A program made the translations under genes and the position numbers. Of a stretch of DNA of 64,000 nt, positions 26,954 through 40,200 are shown one piece after another (the stretch's first letter is position 1; each line of letters starts with the position of its first letter). Under the pieces are notes generated by a model that was not told where the DNA came from, did not search any database, and was given only the letters and a program-made list of their open reading frames with translations. The DNA comes from Bugula neritina. Its lineage: Eukaryota > Animalia > Bryozoa. The DNA is taken from positions 2,491,628 through 2,555,627 of the forward strand of contig OZ037771.1 of the NCBI GenBank assembly GCA_964035545.1, read 5' to 3'.

Positions 26954-29900
26954 ATGGGGAACTGCAATGACAGACCTACATCTAATCTCAACTCAGTTTG
27001 GAAAGAAAGGCTACTTCTGATTGTCGTACTCACTGTACAGTTTGTTGCTCTCTGCACAGACACATTTCTTTATCCATTCTTTCCACAAGAAGCTACTGCT
27101 AGAGGATTAACTCCAACATACATTGGGATTGTGTTTTCTTCCTTTGAATTTGCTAGATTTCTCACATTTCTTATCATTGGTTACTTGGTAGGTACCTAAA
27201 CTACATAAAATTTTTAAAATGTAAGGATTTGAATAATTTTGGAAAATGGTAGATATTTGCTTGGTGCAAATTTAAATTTTCATGTTAGCTAATTTAGTCA
27301 CAATTAAAATTTCAAGCTATTTACTAAAATATACAAATTTGAATAAGCAGTTTAACTTTTTGGTAAATTATTATGCAGTCCTCATTTATTTCCTCTTTTG
27401 TTTGTATTACTTTTGGCTAAATGTTTTTGTTCTTATTAAAGTAAAATTTGCTAATAAAATTCAGTCTTGTTTGTGTTAACTTTGTTTGGAAATGTGCATT
27501 TAAAAGTAAAATGTCAGACTAAATGTACATTAGATGAAAATAGTTCACTTTTTACTACAGTGTAAGGGCATTATGAGATTTTGCAATTTTAATATTTTCT
27601 ACAGTTCTGTGCTTAAAATAAATCATTATTAAACAAAGTTAATTTTTAGTGCAAAAATTGATTATAATAAACTCAAAATTCATTTATTTTACAGCACTCA
27701 ACTAATTTGAAAAACTAATTATAGCAATAATTATGATGATATGAAAATTAATAATAATCATTTTAAAGTTATTTAAATACCCTGTATGCTAAATTAAAAG
27801 TTTTTTGTTAAATTTTAAATGCAATATGTTATTTAGATAAGCAAAGCAAATCCAAAACATTGGTGTGTAGTAGGAGGCGGAGTAACATCTGTGTGCTGCG
27901 TACTGTTTGGGTGAGTAGTAATACATATATAAAATATGTTTGGTACTTATTAGTTTCTAAAGTATTATAATATAGTTAGTTATATTGCTAGTCATATATG
28001 TTCATTGTGCAGCTTATTTTTAACTTATAGTATATTACTTATTGAAAGAAATATCATGTCAAACAAAAATGTTTCTGATTATTCTGTTGACAGACTAGTA
28101 GACAGCACATCTGGTACACTCTACTTGGTCTTATGTTCTCTCACCAGATTTATAGCTGGCTCTGGGTCAGCTATGCTTACTGTGGCAGCCATTACACTTC
28201 TGCTGAAAGTTACTTCATATTCTAGCAGTTTTGTAATAGTAAGTATTTCAGGTTTCATCACCATGGTGATATTGTATAACAAAATGTAGGACAATTTTAA
28301 GGTAACCACAGCGAGGTTAAAGCAGTATCTATAGAGATTTAACATATGCTAGGAATTAATTATCTATCTTGGCTGTTATACAATTTCCCAATGTCAAATT
28401 AATAATTTAAATAAGCCTAAGAGATCCAGCTCATTGCCTTCAGGAACACTTTGGGTGTCTGGTTGGTCATCAGAGATTGTTTATAAGTTGTAACAATACT
28501 ATTAATGGTGCAATATAAAGTATCTCTGAAGGTCAACCTCTAAGCAGCAACTAGTAACCCTACTGTTTGTTGCAAACTTTTTTACTTTTATAGGAACATT
28601 TTATTGCAGCCTAGTTTTTGCGAAATCTATGGAATTGTTGCTTCTAGCAATTAGTGGTTGTGTGCACAGCAACGGCAGCAACAGCAGCAGCAGCAGTAGC
28701 AGCACTCTTGGAGTTAACACAACTTATTTCCCAGTTCCTTTTATCAAAACTGAAGAGTTGGCATTGAAAAATGCAATGTTTCTAATAACCTTAGTGTCAA
28801 TGTCAAAAGCCCAAAAGGCACTAAATTGATTAGTTGATTCTTTTAAGTTCAAAAAAAGTTATGATGATTTTATATTCTTGCATTTTTATTTATCTTAATA
28901 TAAAACTTAATTAAACTTTTAGGGAGTAGTTGAAGGGATGCAAGGGGTAGGCTATATAGCAGGACCAGCTCTAGGCTCTGCATTATATTTAGTAAGTATT
29001 GGTTATTATAATAAATGTTAATTATAGATGTAGTAAATATTATTTAGCAAGGGCGCTTTCGGATTCCCTACGCGTAGGGAATCCGAAAGCGCCCCAAGTA
29101 TCAATGATGCAGGATAAGTATTAGTTATATATTGTTGCAAATATTTAATCAAAGGAGTAATTATTGAAAACAAAAATATTGCTCTCTAAGTTAAAGGTCG
29201 CCATTTTTAGACAAATGAAATTGGAGTTATATTATGCGGGATATTTTTTATGAATTATACAGCAATGCCAAAACAACAAAACATTTTGAGATGCTATGTA
29301 TTTTAATTTAGCCACAAGATGCATGCTATGACAAGTTCTATAAAGCCTTACAAGTTAATAACTTCATTGAAGAGAAGTGAATTCAAAAAGCAATTTGCAT
29401 TCTTTATACAATACAGGATTGTGGTAACTGAGTTGAGAAACTTTTTTAACCAACCAAGTGTCTGGTGACATTGTTTGACAGAATGTTTTCAGCATTGTTC
29501 ATTTTCATGTTTGTAAGAAATGATTGACATCGGCAAGCATAATTATTGTCACATGATTTCTATAAAGAGTTGATTTCCTATGATTACATGATGCTCATAA
29601 TTTCAACTATACAACAATAATATATAACATAATGTGCTGGTAAAACTTTTCATGCATTACCAACTGCTAGTGACCATTGCTGGTTGGTACAAACTTCAGC
29701 TTACAGTAATTTATTTGAAATAAAGTCCAAAGAAGGAAAATTAGTATAGAAATGTGATAAATTGAAGCTTTTATCTGTCAGGTAGTTATTTCAACAACTA
29801 CTCATTCTTTGAAATCTAAAAGAATATTTCAGAAAGTTGTACACTATTATAGTAATTGTATTGTTTTGAATGTTAATTTATTTGCAGTTTATTTTACAAA

Positions 29901-31468
29901 AAGAGTAAATTTTATGCACTGTTTGTAGTGAATTGCTTTCTTGGAACTAAATGTCTACAGCTACTGTCTTATGGACAAGTATGCATTATGGTTCTATTTA
30001 TGCAAGACTCTCCTGCTTAAAGTAATTAACAAAATTTTTAGCTTAAATGTTTATCAAACATTCAATTTTAGACTTTCAGGTGATAATATAATGTAATATT
30101 GCCATACAGCACAATTTTTAAACTGTTAGCATAAAACCCTTTGCACACTTAGCAACAGCATATAAAATTTTTTTCTGGTATTTAAATTATTAAGGCCGTT
30201 CAACTAACCAGCTATAAGTAATGCTGGTAATTATTTCAGATAAGTAGTTATACTACTGTGTTTTGGATTCTAGGAAGCTCTTTATTTCTGCTCAACATCC
30301 TCCAAGCACTAATTCTTCCATCTATAGGTGAGTGTACAGTAATGCTAATTCTAAAATAATAAATAAAATAATCTACAAAATGATTGCTTTCAGTAATAAT
30401 AATTGGGAGTTGCATACTTTTTCAGGAACCCTAATTTAAGTTTGTAACAAAACATTTATTTTAAAGAACCAGAAGTTTATTTTAGACAGATATATTATAA
30501 TACATGGTAAATAAAACTTAAGATACGATATAGAGTTTAAAAAAGTGACACGATTTCAGCAACCAGAACTAAAGGTTTTCACAAAACTTTTCTGTTCTTT
30601 TATTGTAACTGTATTATATGTATCAGAATTGCAAATTAGAATATTTTTAGTTTTAAACGCCATTTTATTTTATTATTTATTTTTTTTCAAATTGTGTTCT
30701 AAAGATTAAAACCAAAGCCTTTTTCTAAAATAAGCATTGCCAAAAATTATTACGTTGGCTATTTATTAAATTTGTTTAAACATTATTACAAACCACTTCA
30801 GAATAAAATTTTTGTAATTCTGAGTTAGATTTGTTCTTAAAATCAAAATAATCCTATATTGAATATTTCACTTAAAAATTTTGTAGAGCAAGAAGTCAAT
30901 AAGAAAAGTTCTATAAATTTGTTTAACATTCCTGGAGTGCTGGTGTTGTTTTTCCAAGTCGTAATTTACAGAATAATACTGGGAGCTACATACTCTGGCG
31001 CAAGCAACTACCTAAGTTTTACCGTAAGTAATTTAATTATATATTTTATATTATATTCATTAACACCATGACATCCAAGTGCAAGGCTGTTAAAAATTTA
31101 CGTGCTATAAAAATTAGTACCTGTACCATCATGCTGTACCTATTTATTATTTTTGTTAGTTGAATTTATTTAGCTTAAATGTCTTTCTAGCCACGGCATT
31201 TTTTCACACAATGAAAAGAAATGTGAAAAACTTTTCTTTACAGTTCCAATCATCTCCTTCTACATTAGGAATAGTTTATAGCGTTTGGTCTGCAGGCTAC
31301 TTGATTGGATGCCCTCTGATTTCCCTCTTGGTGAATAAGGTGAGGGGAAATATTGTATATATATGTGTGCGTGTGCGTGTGCGTGTGCGTGTGCGTGTGC
31401 GTGTGCGTGTGCGTGTGCGTGTGCGTGTGCGTGTGCGTGTGCGTGTGCGTGTGCGTGTGCGTGTGCGT

Positions 31469-31512
<44 letters not shown>

Positions 31513-33537
31513 TCATAAAAAAGATACAACTTTTATGATTGGAATTAAAATATATTAGTAAAATTAGCTTAATGAATTTAAATTGTTTTTAATTTTCAAC
31601 TAGTTATAATAACTTTCAGTCTAGCTATCATATATTCATCATGTCAGTGTTTTCGGAAGTTGTGGAACAATGTTAATATACACTACTTCGAATTGTTCAT
31701 TCATAATAATATCTATAGAGTAGAAGACACACTTCAGTTTGTTTACATGAATGCGTATCTTTCGTAACCAGGGGTTCATATACAGTCAAATACTCATAGC
31801 ATGGGTGGCTGCAGTACCTCTCTATATGCTGTCTGGGCCTTCACCCTTCCTAGAATTTCTCTTCAATGATCAGAAGTAAGACTATATATTACATACATTT
31901 GGTGACAAGTGGAACTTTCGGTTAACAAAAATATTTGTATAATTGATCAAATGCGTTTCTTTCTTACTTAGAAATAAAGCCTTAATAATAACCCTAAATT
32001 TCAATAATATATTTTTAAGATGAAAAAGTAAGCAAGATATTATACACAACTTTTGTTTTGGAGTACCAAAAAAAAAATAAATTATTTATAGGTAAAATTA
32101 ATGTATGTATGTGATTGAAGACATAATTTATAATGAATAACTAAAAAATGTTTGAAAAATACAAACTATTTTTTATATTCAGCTTTGGAAAATAAGACAA
32201 TTGTTATTTATTGATGCTAATTGTATTCTTTAAAGGCAATATTTGATTTAATTTAAACTTTTTCTACATAATTTTGTTATCATCAGCTTGATTGAAATGT
32301 TTTTCAAAATGCCAAGCCCTGATTATAGCATAGAAATATTAAATGTGCTTTGCCAAGTTTTATTTAATATTTCAGATATTTCTTGCTAACAGCTATAACC
32401 ATAACAGTCCTAATATTTCTATCAGGAGTTCAGTTTATCCCAGTCTTTCAGGCAGCAATGGACCTGGCAGCGTGAGCATAACTCTAAAACTATTATCAGT
32501 AATTTGTGAAAAGATGCTAAAATAAAAAACTTATTAGAAGGAAACCTTAGTTTGTCATATATGCACTAACTTTAAAATATACAATTTTAGTTAGCAGTAT
32601 TGGAAGTGCATTGGTATTTTTACTGTGTTTATAACTCACTTTCCCTATTATTTACTTAACTCTTTATACTATAGAATTTAGCTTTGTTTTTTATTAAACC
32701 TTTGTGCTGTAAGACCTATTGGGTATGATAAAGTATACAACTTCAACCTTATACATTCACATGGTGCAGCTTTCATAACCAGAATATAGTTTTTGCTTAC
32801 ACTTGATTCTTTGTTCTTTTGAGTCAGTGTGAATGGACATGATAAAGACAGTATGCAGACGTATGGTGCAGTTACTGGAACTGTAAATGGTGCCACTGCA
32901 CTTGGTGCTCTAATAGGACCAGTTTTTGGAGGGGCAATCACTCAGGTGTCAGACTTCACCTGGACTCTCACATCACTCGCTGGTCTCTCACTGCTTGTGG
33001 TGAGTCTGGTTTCATCGAAATCATCTGGGAATCTTTTAACAACCATTATCTGATACTTTGCTTCTTAGAGATTCATTACAAGATAAAGTTCTTTATAAAA
33101 AGAATCACAAAAGTTTATAGTCACTATTCTTGTGAAACACCCCTGATGAAAAGGGTTTTTTCTAAAGTGGGCTAAGGACTTATTCAGAGGAGGCACAGGA
33201 GCAATTATGACTGGATGCTCTTCCTAACATTACTAATGGTCTTTACTGGGGTTCGAACCCATGACTTCGTGTTTACTAAGTCAAAAGCTCTAACCCCTAG
33301 ACCACGACTGCTCTTCTTTATATTACTGGTATACTGCTGTGTCTATTTTTAGATTACTGTTATATTATAGGTAATATACTGCTACTTCTTATTGTCATTC
33401 AGGTTGTGGTCATAAGTGTGTATCTACTGAGTATGAAGTTACTAAAACTACCACTTAAACCGACAGATAGTGTAGAGGTTAATGTTGAAAATGGCGAAAA
33501 ACAAGAACTTTTATCTGAGAGTTCAGATGAAGAATAA
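26954..33537 (+). CDS. SLC18B1-like: MFS transporter, SLC18B1-like, copy B, about 449 aa
   Basis: 11 exons: 26954-27187, 27837-27910, 28094-28238, 28923-28991, 30240-30327, 30887-31023, 31244-31339, 31772-31875, 32376-32471, 32828-32999, 33403-33537. Frame open, same intron phases as copies A and C. C-terminus ends EKQELLSESSDEE. Confidence 0.9.
29051..29094. other. Perfect 44-bp GC-rich palindrome in intron 4 of copy B
   Basis: GGGCGCTTTCGGATTCCCTACG-CGTAGGGAATCCGAAAGCGCCC; the two halves are exact reverse complements. Confidence 0.95.
31355..31508. repeat. (GTGCGT)n/(GT)n microsatellite in intron 7 of copy B
   Basis: Seen directly, starting about 15-25 nt after the exon-7 donor. Confidence 0.95.
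33098..33313 (-). mobile_element. tRNA-Thr(AGT)-derived SINE in intron 10 of copy B
   Basis: Head on - strand GCAGTCGTGGTCTAGGGGTTAGAGC...CTTAGTAAACACGAAGTCATGGGTTCGAACCCC has A-box, AGT anticodon loop and B-box. The body matches 51471-51682. Flanked by the 9-bp direct repeat TTCTTTATA. Confidence 0.85.
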
Positions 33538-36500
33538 ACCGAAAAAACATTAGGAACCATCACTACAGTTGAATTGGTCAACTCCGGGTCCTTCTTTAAT
33601 CTGCTTTATCCAATCAATCAAACAGACTTTAGACTTTCGATCACTTTGAAGGCTGTCACTGCGAAGAGCCGTGGTTGTGCAGAGTGGTGGTTGTGCAGTT
33701 ACTGCAATCCTTTTGCTGGGAAAGATCCGTGTAGATTAGTCACCAACCATGAGTTGTTTAGAAAAGTCCTCAAGTGTGTTTTATACCTATGAAATATGTT
33801 TTGGCTGCAATAAGATGTAAATTTAACATAATCTGATTTTAGCAAACTAGAGATATAATAAATGTATGTGATTGCCAATACAGTAAGCTATTACGATTAT
33901 GTGTGTGTGCGCTACAATGTTTACAAATCCACAATACTGAATAAGTTACTGAATATTAGTAGTAAGGTTTAAAGTAATGGATTTCCTATTTATACTAATA
34001 TTTCTAGCCTAAAGCTATGTAAATGTTGAATTACCTAGTAAATTATACCTGCAAGATAAACTAGACTGCTATGAGATATTTTATAAAAAACATATTATAA
34101 GCCTTAAGAAAATATAATAATTCAGATGGCAATTGCCTCTGAAATAGAATTTTCCAGAAAAGAGCATACAAAGTAAATCTTTCTGATTAAAGTGCTAGCT
34201 TTTAGCAAAAACTTTAATGAATTTATGATGCAAAGAGAAGATGAAAAATTCAAAAACTCTTTCAATGCATATTATACTAGCTAAATTCAAGCATGCACTG
34301 CGCTGCAAAAATACATTTCTTTCTCCTATTTTCTTGTTAAGCAGATAATGTTTATGGCAAAAGCCTGTTTGGCACAGCCTTGCCTTTATAATATATTTGT
34401 ATAAAATTTTTGCAGCATTGCAAAAGATGAAGAAGTCAAGAATACATTTGGAGTTTTTTCTTAAATTCCAGACATCTTTATTTGTCCTAAATTTCCATTA
34501 TTATGTTTAACTGTATATTTGTGATAAGTTATTTTAATAATATGAAATATGTGTTCAACGTAACATCATTTGACAAAACGGAAAATACATGTCAAAATAG
34601 TAGATTCTAGAAAACTACATTTTCAAAAACTCAATTTTTCACAAGCTAGTAGATATAATATAATTTATTGAAAAACGTGAGGTTTTAATATTAAATTTTG
34701 CATAAGTAACAGTTTAAACACAGTGCTGTAAGTTCCTAGAGTTAATATTATTTTAATACTGCAATATGTATGCTAATGCAATATTACCTTACATGTTGCT
34801 TTGTAATTCAATACTAGTAAAATAGTCTCTTTGGAAATTCTTGTATATAATTGCTAACACAACAATTTTTTTACAAGTTGCTTTACTCGTGTTTAGTCAT
34901 AGCTGGTCTTTAGTATAGTTATGTAATTAGTGTGTTTGATTGTACTTATGATGCTTTGTGTAGCTAGCTAGTTTGCCTAGTTTATGTAGAATGCTTTTGT
35001 GGACAAGTAGCTATTTTCTGCGATCTGTATATAAGATCTCCACAAAGATGATTTGTTGATATATGCTTCAGATTAATCATAACAGACTAAGTGTCGGTAA
35101 GCAACTAGTGCTTGGTTACAAGTTATTTCAACTTTTGATTGATCTTTTAGTTTAAGGAAATAAACAAGAAAAAAGTAGCAACATAATTTGATATATAGAA
35201 TATATCAAAATAAATCTGTTTTCTTGCTATACTTTATTATCTAAACGGAATAAATTAATATACATAAGCTAGAATATAGCCACATTTGTAGCAAAAATAG
35301 AAATAGTTGAAGGAAAAAATTGAATTAAATACATGATTAAAAAAAACATAAAAGTTACGTAGCTAATTTGGCAACATTTTAAAAGAAGAAATAATGCTAA
35401 AAATAATACTCTTGTATTCTTCTACCACTAGCTACTGTTTCAGTTAGTTTTAAATAATTCCTTCAGCATTCACTAGAATAGAGCTGAAACTTTTATTTAC
35501 AAAAGAATTAAAGAGAAAAAAAAGAAAACAAAATAACATTAAAACCATGATCAATTTCCACAAGGAATGCATTTTCTAAATAAATTCCTACCATAACCAA
35601 TTCTTTATGCAGTTTATAAAAAACACATAACAAAATATAGACAATCACATGACATCAATGAAAGACATCATGAAAGGCTACTTTCTAGAGTGAGCTCCTA
35701 GGTGCTACTCTACCATTGAGAAACAAAGGCTAAACTGTAAATTCCCTGCACTTGGTACACAGTGGACTCCTAGTCCATACAATAGGTGGAACCTTCAATT
35801 GTGTTTATAATATTAGCAATAAGCCATCTCAGCAAGTAGCTTTTTGCAATCATTTAAGTGGTTATGAGTATGTTATCGCGAGATATATATCATATCATTT
35901 AGACTGGCCGTACAGGCCATAACTAAAGAGTGTAGTTATAAAAGCATTCACATAACCAGCTCACTATAGTTTGAGTACTCATTAAGTCAGATCAGGTTGA
36001 TTTACCTGCTACTTCCTCACCTGTAGCCACCTTGCCATGTACTAGACTTATACATAGTCCTGCTATTGGTAGGTAACATGTAGTTCAGTACTATCTGTCA
36101 CATGAAGGCAGGTAAACATTTCAAAACAGACAAGTGTCTCAAAAGCCAACGACCATCTACCAAATGTAGTTGGGACCCTACTAGGCCATTTCACTTAGCA
36201 CTGCTTGTATCTTTGGCAGTCCTTATGCGTAGAAATATCCAGGGATGTATTGGTAATGCCTTTTTTCTAATATTGAGTGTTTTCAGATACGAAAAGCTTT
36301 TGATCAGTGTTAATATCATCCAATTGATAGCTTTGAATAGCTAATAGACTAAATAGATTAGAAGCAATTAATTCCAAATGCGACATTAACACACGATTAA
36401 TAAAACCAGGAGTATTGTCAAGTATGAGAATTAAACCCAAATAATAGCACCCTTTTTTCTACACATCCCATGATAATATACAGTTAGCTATAAATATTTT

Positions 36501-37145
36501 CTAAAGGGATAAACCTTACAATATAATTATAGTCGTTTGTGCCTTGAATTTATTGGCACAAATAAAATTATTGTGACAAGCACATGATGAAGACCAAACT
36601 ACTATAATTAATTTTGTGAATTTTATTCAAATAGGAGACAACAAATATACAAAAGAACTGCATGTATGAAAATGGACATTGGTAAGTACTTAACCAGCAA
36701 GTTAAGTTTTTCTCTTTAGTTATTATGTTACAAGTAGGAAGATAATTAATGATGATGGCATGTCTAAAGACCAATTCTGGCCAGGTTTGCCTGTTATCAA
36801 CACGCAATTAGTTTGAAAAAGAAGTAACTTTCAGTTAAAGTTACTAATTTTATATGTTATTTATTCGTTGGAATATATTTTTAAATTTAAACTTGATTTA
36901 TTGATAGGTGCTAATTCCTCAGTTATCATTAGACAAAATTATTTGATGCAAATATTTTTAAAACCAGTCATTTAAATTTTTCATTGCAAAAGCAATCAGC
37001 AATATTTTAATTCTCTCTTTTATTAATAGTACAACATTAAAAATCATCAAAGCATTTGCTTCCATAAATCTCTTGTGAATTGGCATTATGGTAGAAATAC
37101 CTATTACTCAACTAAAATTGAAGCTATCTAGAATTGGTGTGCATT

Positions 37146-37211
37146 CATGCATTTATTGACTCCGCTAACTAAACATGATTTAGTAAAAATGACATCTCAT
37201 AATTATAAAAG
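37146..37211 (+). promoter_or_regulatory. Conserved upstream block with TATA box, copy C
   Basis: catgcatttattgactccgctaactaaacatgatttagtaaaaa...TATAAAAG, homologous to 26788-26850. Confidence 0.5.
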
Positions 37212-37292
37212 GTCTTTTGAAGATAGCAGGTACTATAATTTTGCTTAGACTAGTTTTAGTCAACAGTTCCAAAAAGAGAGAATTATCTCCAA

Positions 37293-40200
37293 ATGGGGAA
37301 CTGCAATGACAGACCTACATCTAATCTCAGCTCAGTTTGGAAAGAAAGGCTACTTCTGATTGTAGTACTGACTGTACAGTTTGTAGCTCTCTGCACAGAT
37401 ACATTTCTTTATCCATTCTTTCCACAAGAAGCTACTGCCAAAGGATTAACTCCGACACACATTGGGATCGTATTTTCTTCATTTGAGTTTGCTAGATTTC
37501 TTTCATTTTTTCTCTCAGGTTATTTGGTAGGTAGCTTAAATGTTCAAGTTTCTTTAAATATATATTATTTTGCTTAAAGTTTCAAATTAGTAGATGTATA
37601 TTTGTCTGTAATTTTAAAATTTACCACGTATAATTCTATCAATTAACCTTTTAAGCTCACCAAACTTACTAGTTTCAATGCAGTTCTTAAAACTCTATTA
37701 ATGAATATATGGTTTCCTTTCTATTCTCTTTGCATCTCTGTCAAGTTCATGTTTTTGATGAGTAGTTTTTGAAAAATTAAAATAGCTAGAATATGCTAAA
37801 ACAAGTATCAGCTTGCTTGTTGCCTCAACTTTGTTTGCAATCCAGTGCCTGGTGACTGAAAACTCAAATTCGAAACCCTGGAATTTTACCTAAGCAAAAG
37901 GTTTGAGGCCCAGTTGACAAAAAAGCTTCTAGCTACTCATATTGCTACTTAGAGATTTGAGATAGATGCTTCTCATTACATCTGGTGGCAGGTAGCAGAG
38001 AGAAATGTGCTAATAGTTTCAAGGAAAAAAAACAGCTAATAAATATTGCGAATAAATATTCTATGTATGCAGCATTTAATGCTTGCTAATGGTCTTTAAT
38101 GTACTCATTCAGATAGGCAAAGTAAATCCAAAACATTGGTGTGTAGTAGGAGGCGGAGTAACATCTGTGTGCTGCGTACTGTTTGGGTGGGTAGTAATAC
38201 ATATATAAAATATGTTGAGTACTTATTAGTCTGTAGAGTATAATATTATAGTTAATTTTATTAATAGTTATATGTTCATGTGCAGCTTATTTTTTGCTAT
38301 ACTAAAGTAGCTTGTATGTAGAAGTTTTAACAAAAAGCTGAAACATTCTAATAGCAACACCATATACTCATGTGGCTGTAAAAAGTAATTATGCCAATCA
38401 TTGATAATTTTATACAAGTTGCTTCATCAGCTACTTAAGGTAATAGAATAGTCTGCAAAAATAATTTTGTCAGAAATATTTTTGATTTATCTGTTGACAG
38501 GCTTGTAGACAGTACATCTGGCACGCTCTTCTTGGTCTTATGTTCCCTCACCAGATTTCTAGCTGGCTTTGGGACAGCTATGCTTTCTGTGGCAGGCATT
38601 ACACTTTTACTGAAAGTCACATCCTATTCTAATAGCTTTGTAATAGTAAGTATTTTAGTTTTCATTTCAGTGATTGTATTTATTCTTGTATTTCATTTCA
38701 TGAACATGAACATTGAACTTTCCAGGGAGCAGCTGAAGTGATGCAAGGAATAGGATATATGGCAGGACCAGCTTTAGGTTCTGTATTGTATCTAGTAAGT
38801 ACTGTATCTAGTAAGTACTGTATCTAGTAAGTATTGTATCTAGTAAGTACTGTATCTAGTAAGTACTGTATATAGTAAGTACTGTATATAGTAAGTACTG
38901 TATATAGTAAGTACTGTATTTAAGAAGTACTGTATATAGTAAGTACTATATATAGTAAGTATTGTATATAGTAAGTACTATATATAGTAAGTATTGTATA
39001 TAGTAAGTATTGTATATAGTAAGTATTGTATATAGTAAGTATTGTATATAGTAAGTATTGTATATAGTAAGTACTGTATATAGTAAGTACTGTATATAGT
39101 AAGTACTGTATATAGTAAGTACTGTATATAGTAAGTACTGTATATAGTAAGTACTGTATATAGTAAGTACTGTATATAGTAAGTACTGTATAGTAAGTAC
39201 TGTATATAGTAAGTACTGTATTTAAGAAGTACTGTATATAGTAAGTACTGTATATAACAAACACTGTATATAGTAAGTACTGCATATAGTAAGTACTGTA
39301 TATAGTAAGTACTGTATATAGTAAGTACTGTATATAGTAAGTACTGTATGTAGTAAGTACTGTATTTAAGAAGTACTGTATATATAGAGTAAGTACTGTA
39401 TATAGTAAGCAATTATATAAAGTAAATACTACTGTGTAAATATATATAGCTACTGGTTGGTGAAAATATTTGTTTTATATATAACAACTCCAGCTACAAA
39501 GCCTTGCTTTTCAAAAAAAGAATTATTCCAAAGGTCAACCAAACTTTAAACTGATAATATACTTTATTGATATAATATAATAATAATTATTATATTACAA
39601 CACTATATACTTATATCAGCATACTAAATAATTTGCATTATTGTGTCCATTAAAGCATTTTTGGGCAATTACAACCAGCATATTGTATTTTAATTTGAAT
39701 CATTCTCTCTGCATAACAAAGCGCTCTCAGTGTGTAGTTATTTTAATATGTATACTCCTTAACCAGCCAAGCTATGCGCTGGTATTTATTTCAGATAGGT
39801 AGCTATACTGCTGTATTTTGGATTCTGGGAAGCTGTTTGTTTCTACTCAACATCCTCCAAGCACTAATTCTTCCTTCTCTGGGTGAGTGCATGCATTGAT
39901 CTAATACTGTTAAAAATTTAGACAACTTTCATCAGTAGAGTTTTTAGCAATAGTTTTATAGCTTTAATTCAGGGACACAGACATAAGATTGCAAGAAAAT
40001 TAAAGGTGCTCAACATTTATTTTCTCCATTATATGGAATTGAAATTTATTTTATTAAGTTATTACATAATGCATAAATCAAGTATAGAATAGAAAGTTAT
40101 GCAACATAAACATTATTTAAAATACTTTTCTATTCATCATATTTTATAATTGTCTATGCGTCATAATTGCAAATAAAAAAATTTCTGATTTTAAAAACCA

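Noticed and set aside
35690-36300. Slightly GC-richer intergenic patch between copies B and C, possible transposon remnant or small gene
   Set aside because: No terminal repeats, splice-consistent exons or recognisable peptide.
38787-39410. CRISPR-like regular array
   Set aside because: Head-to-tail repeats with no unique spacers, no cas genes, and a eukaryotic intron context.
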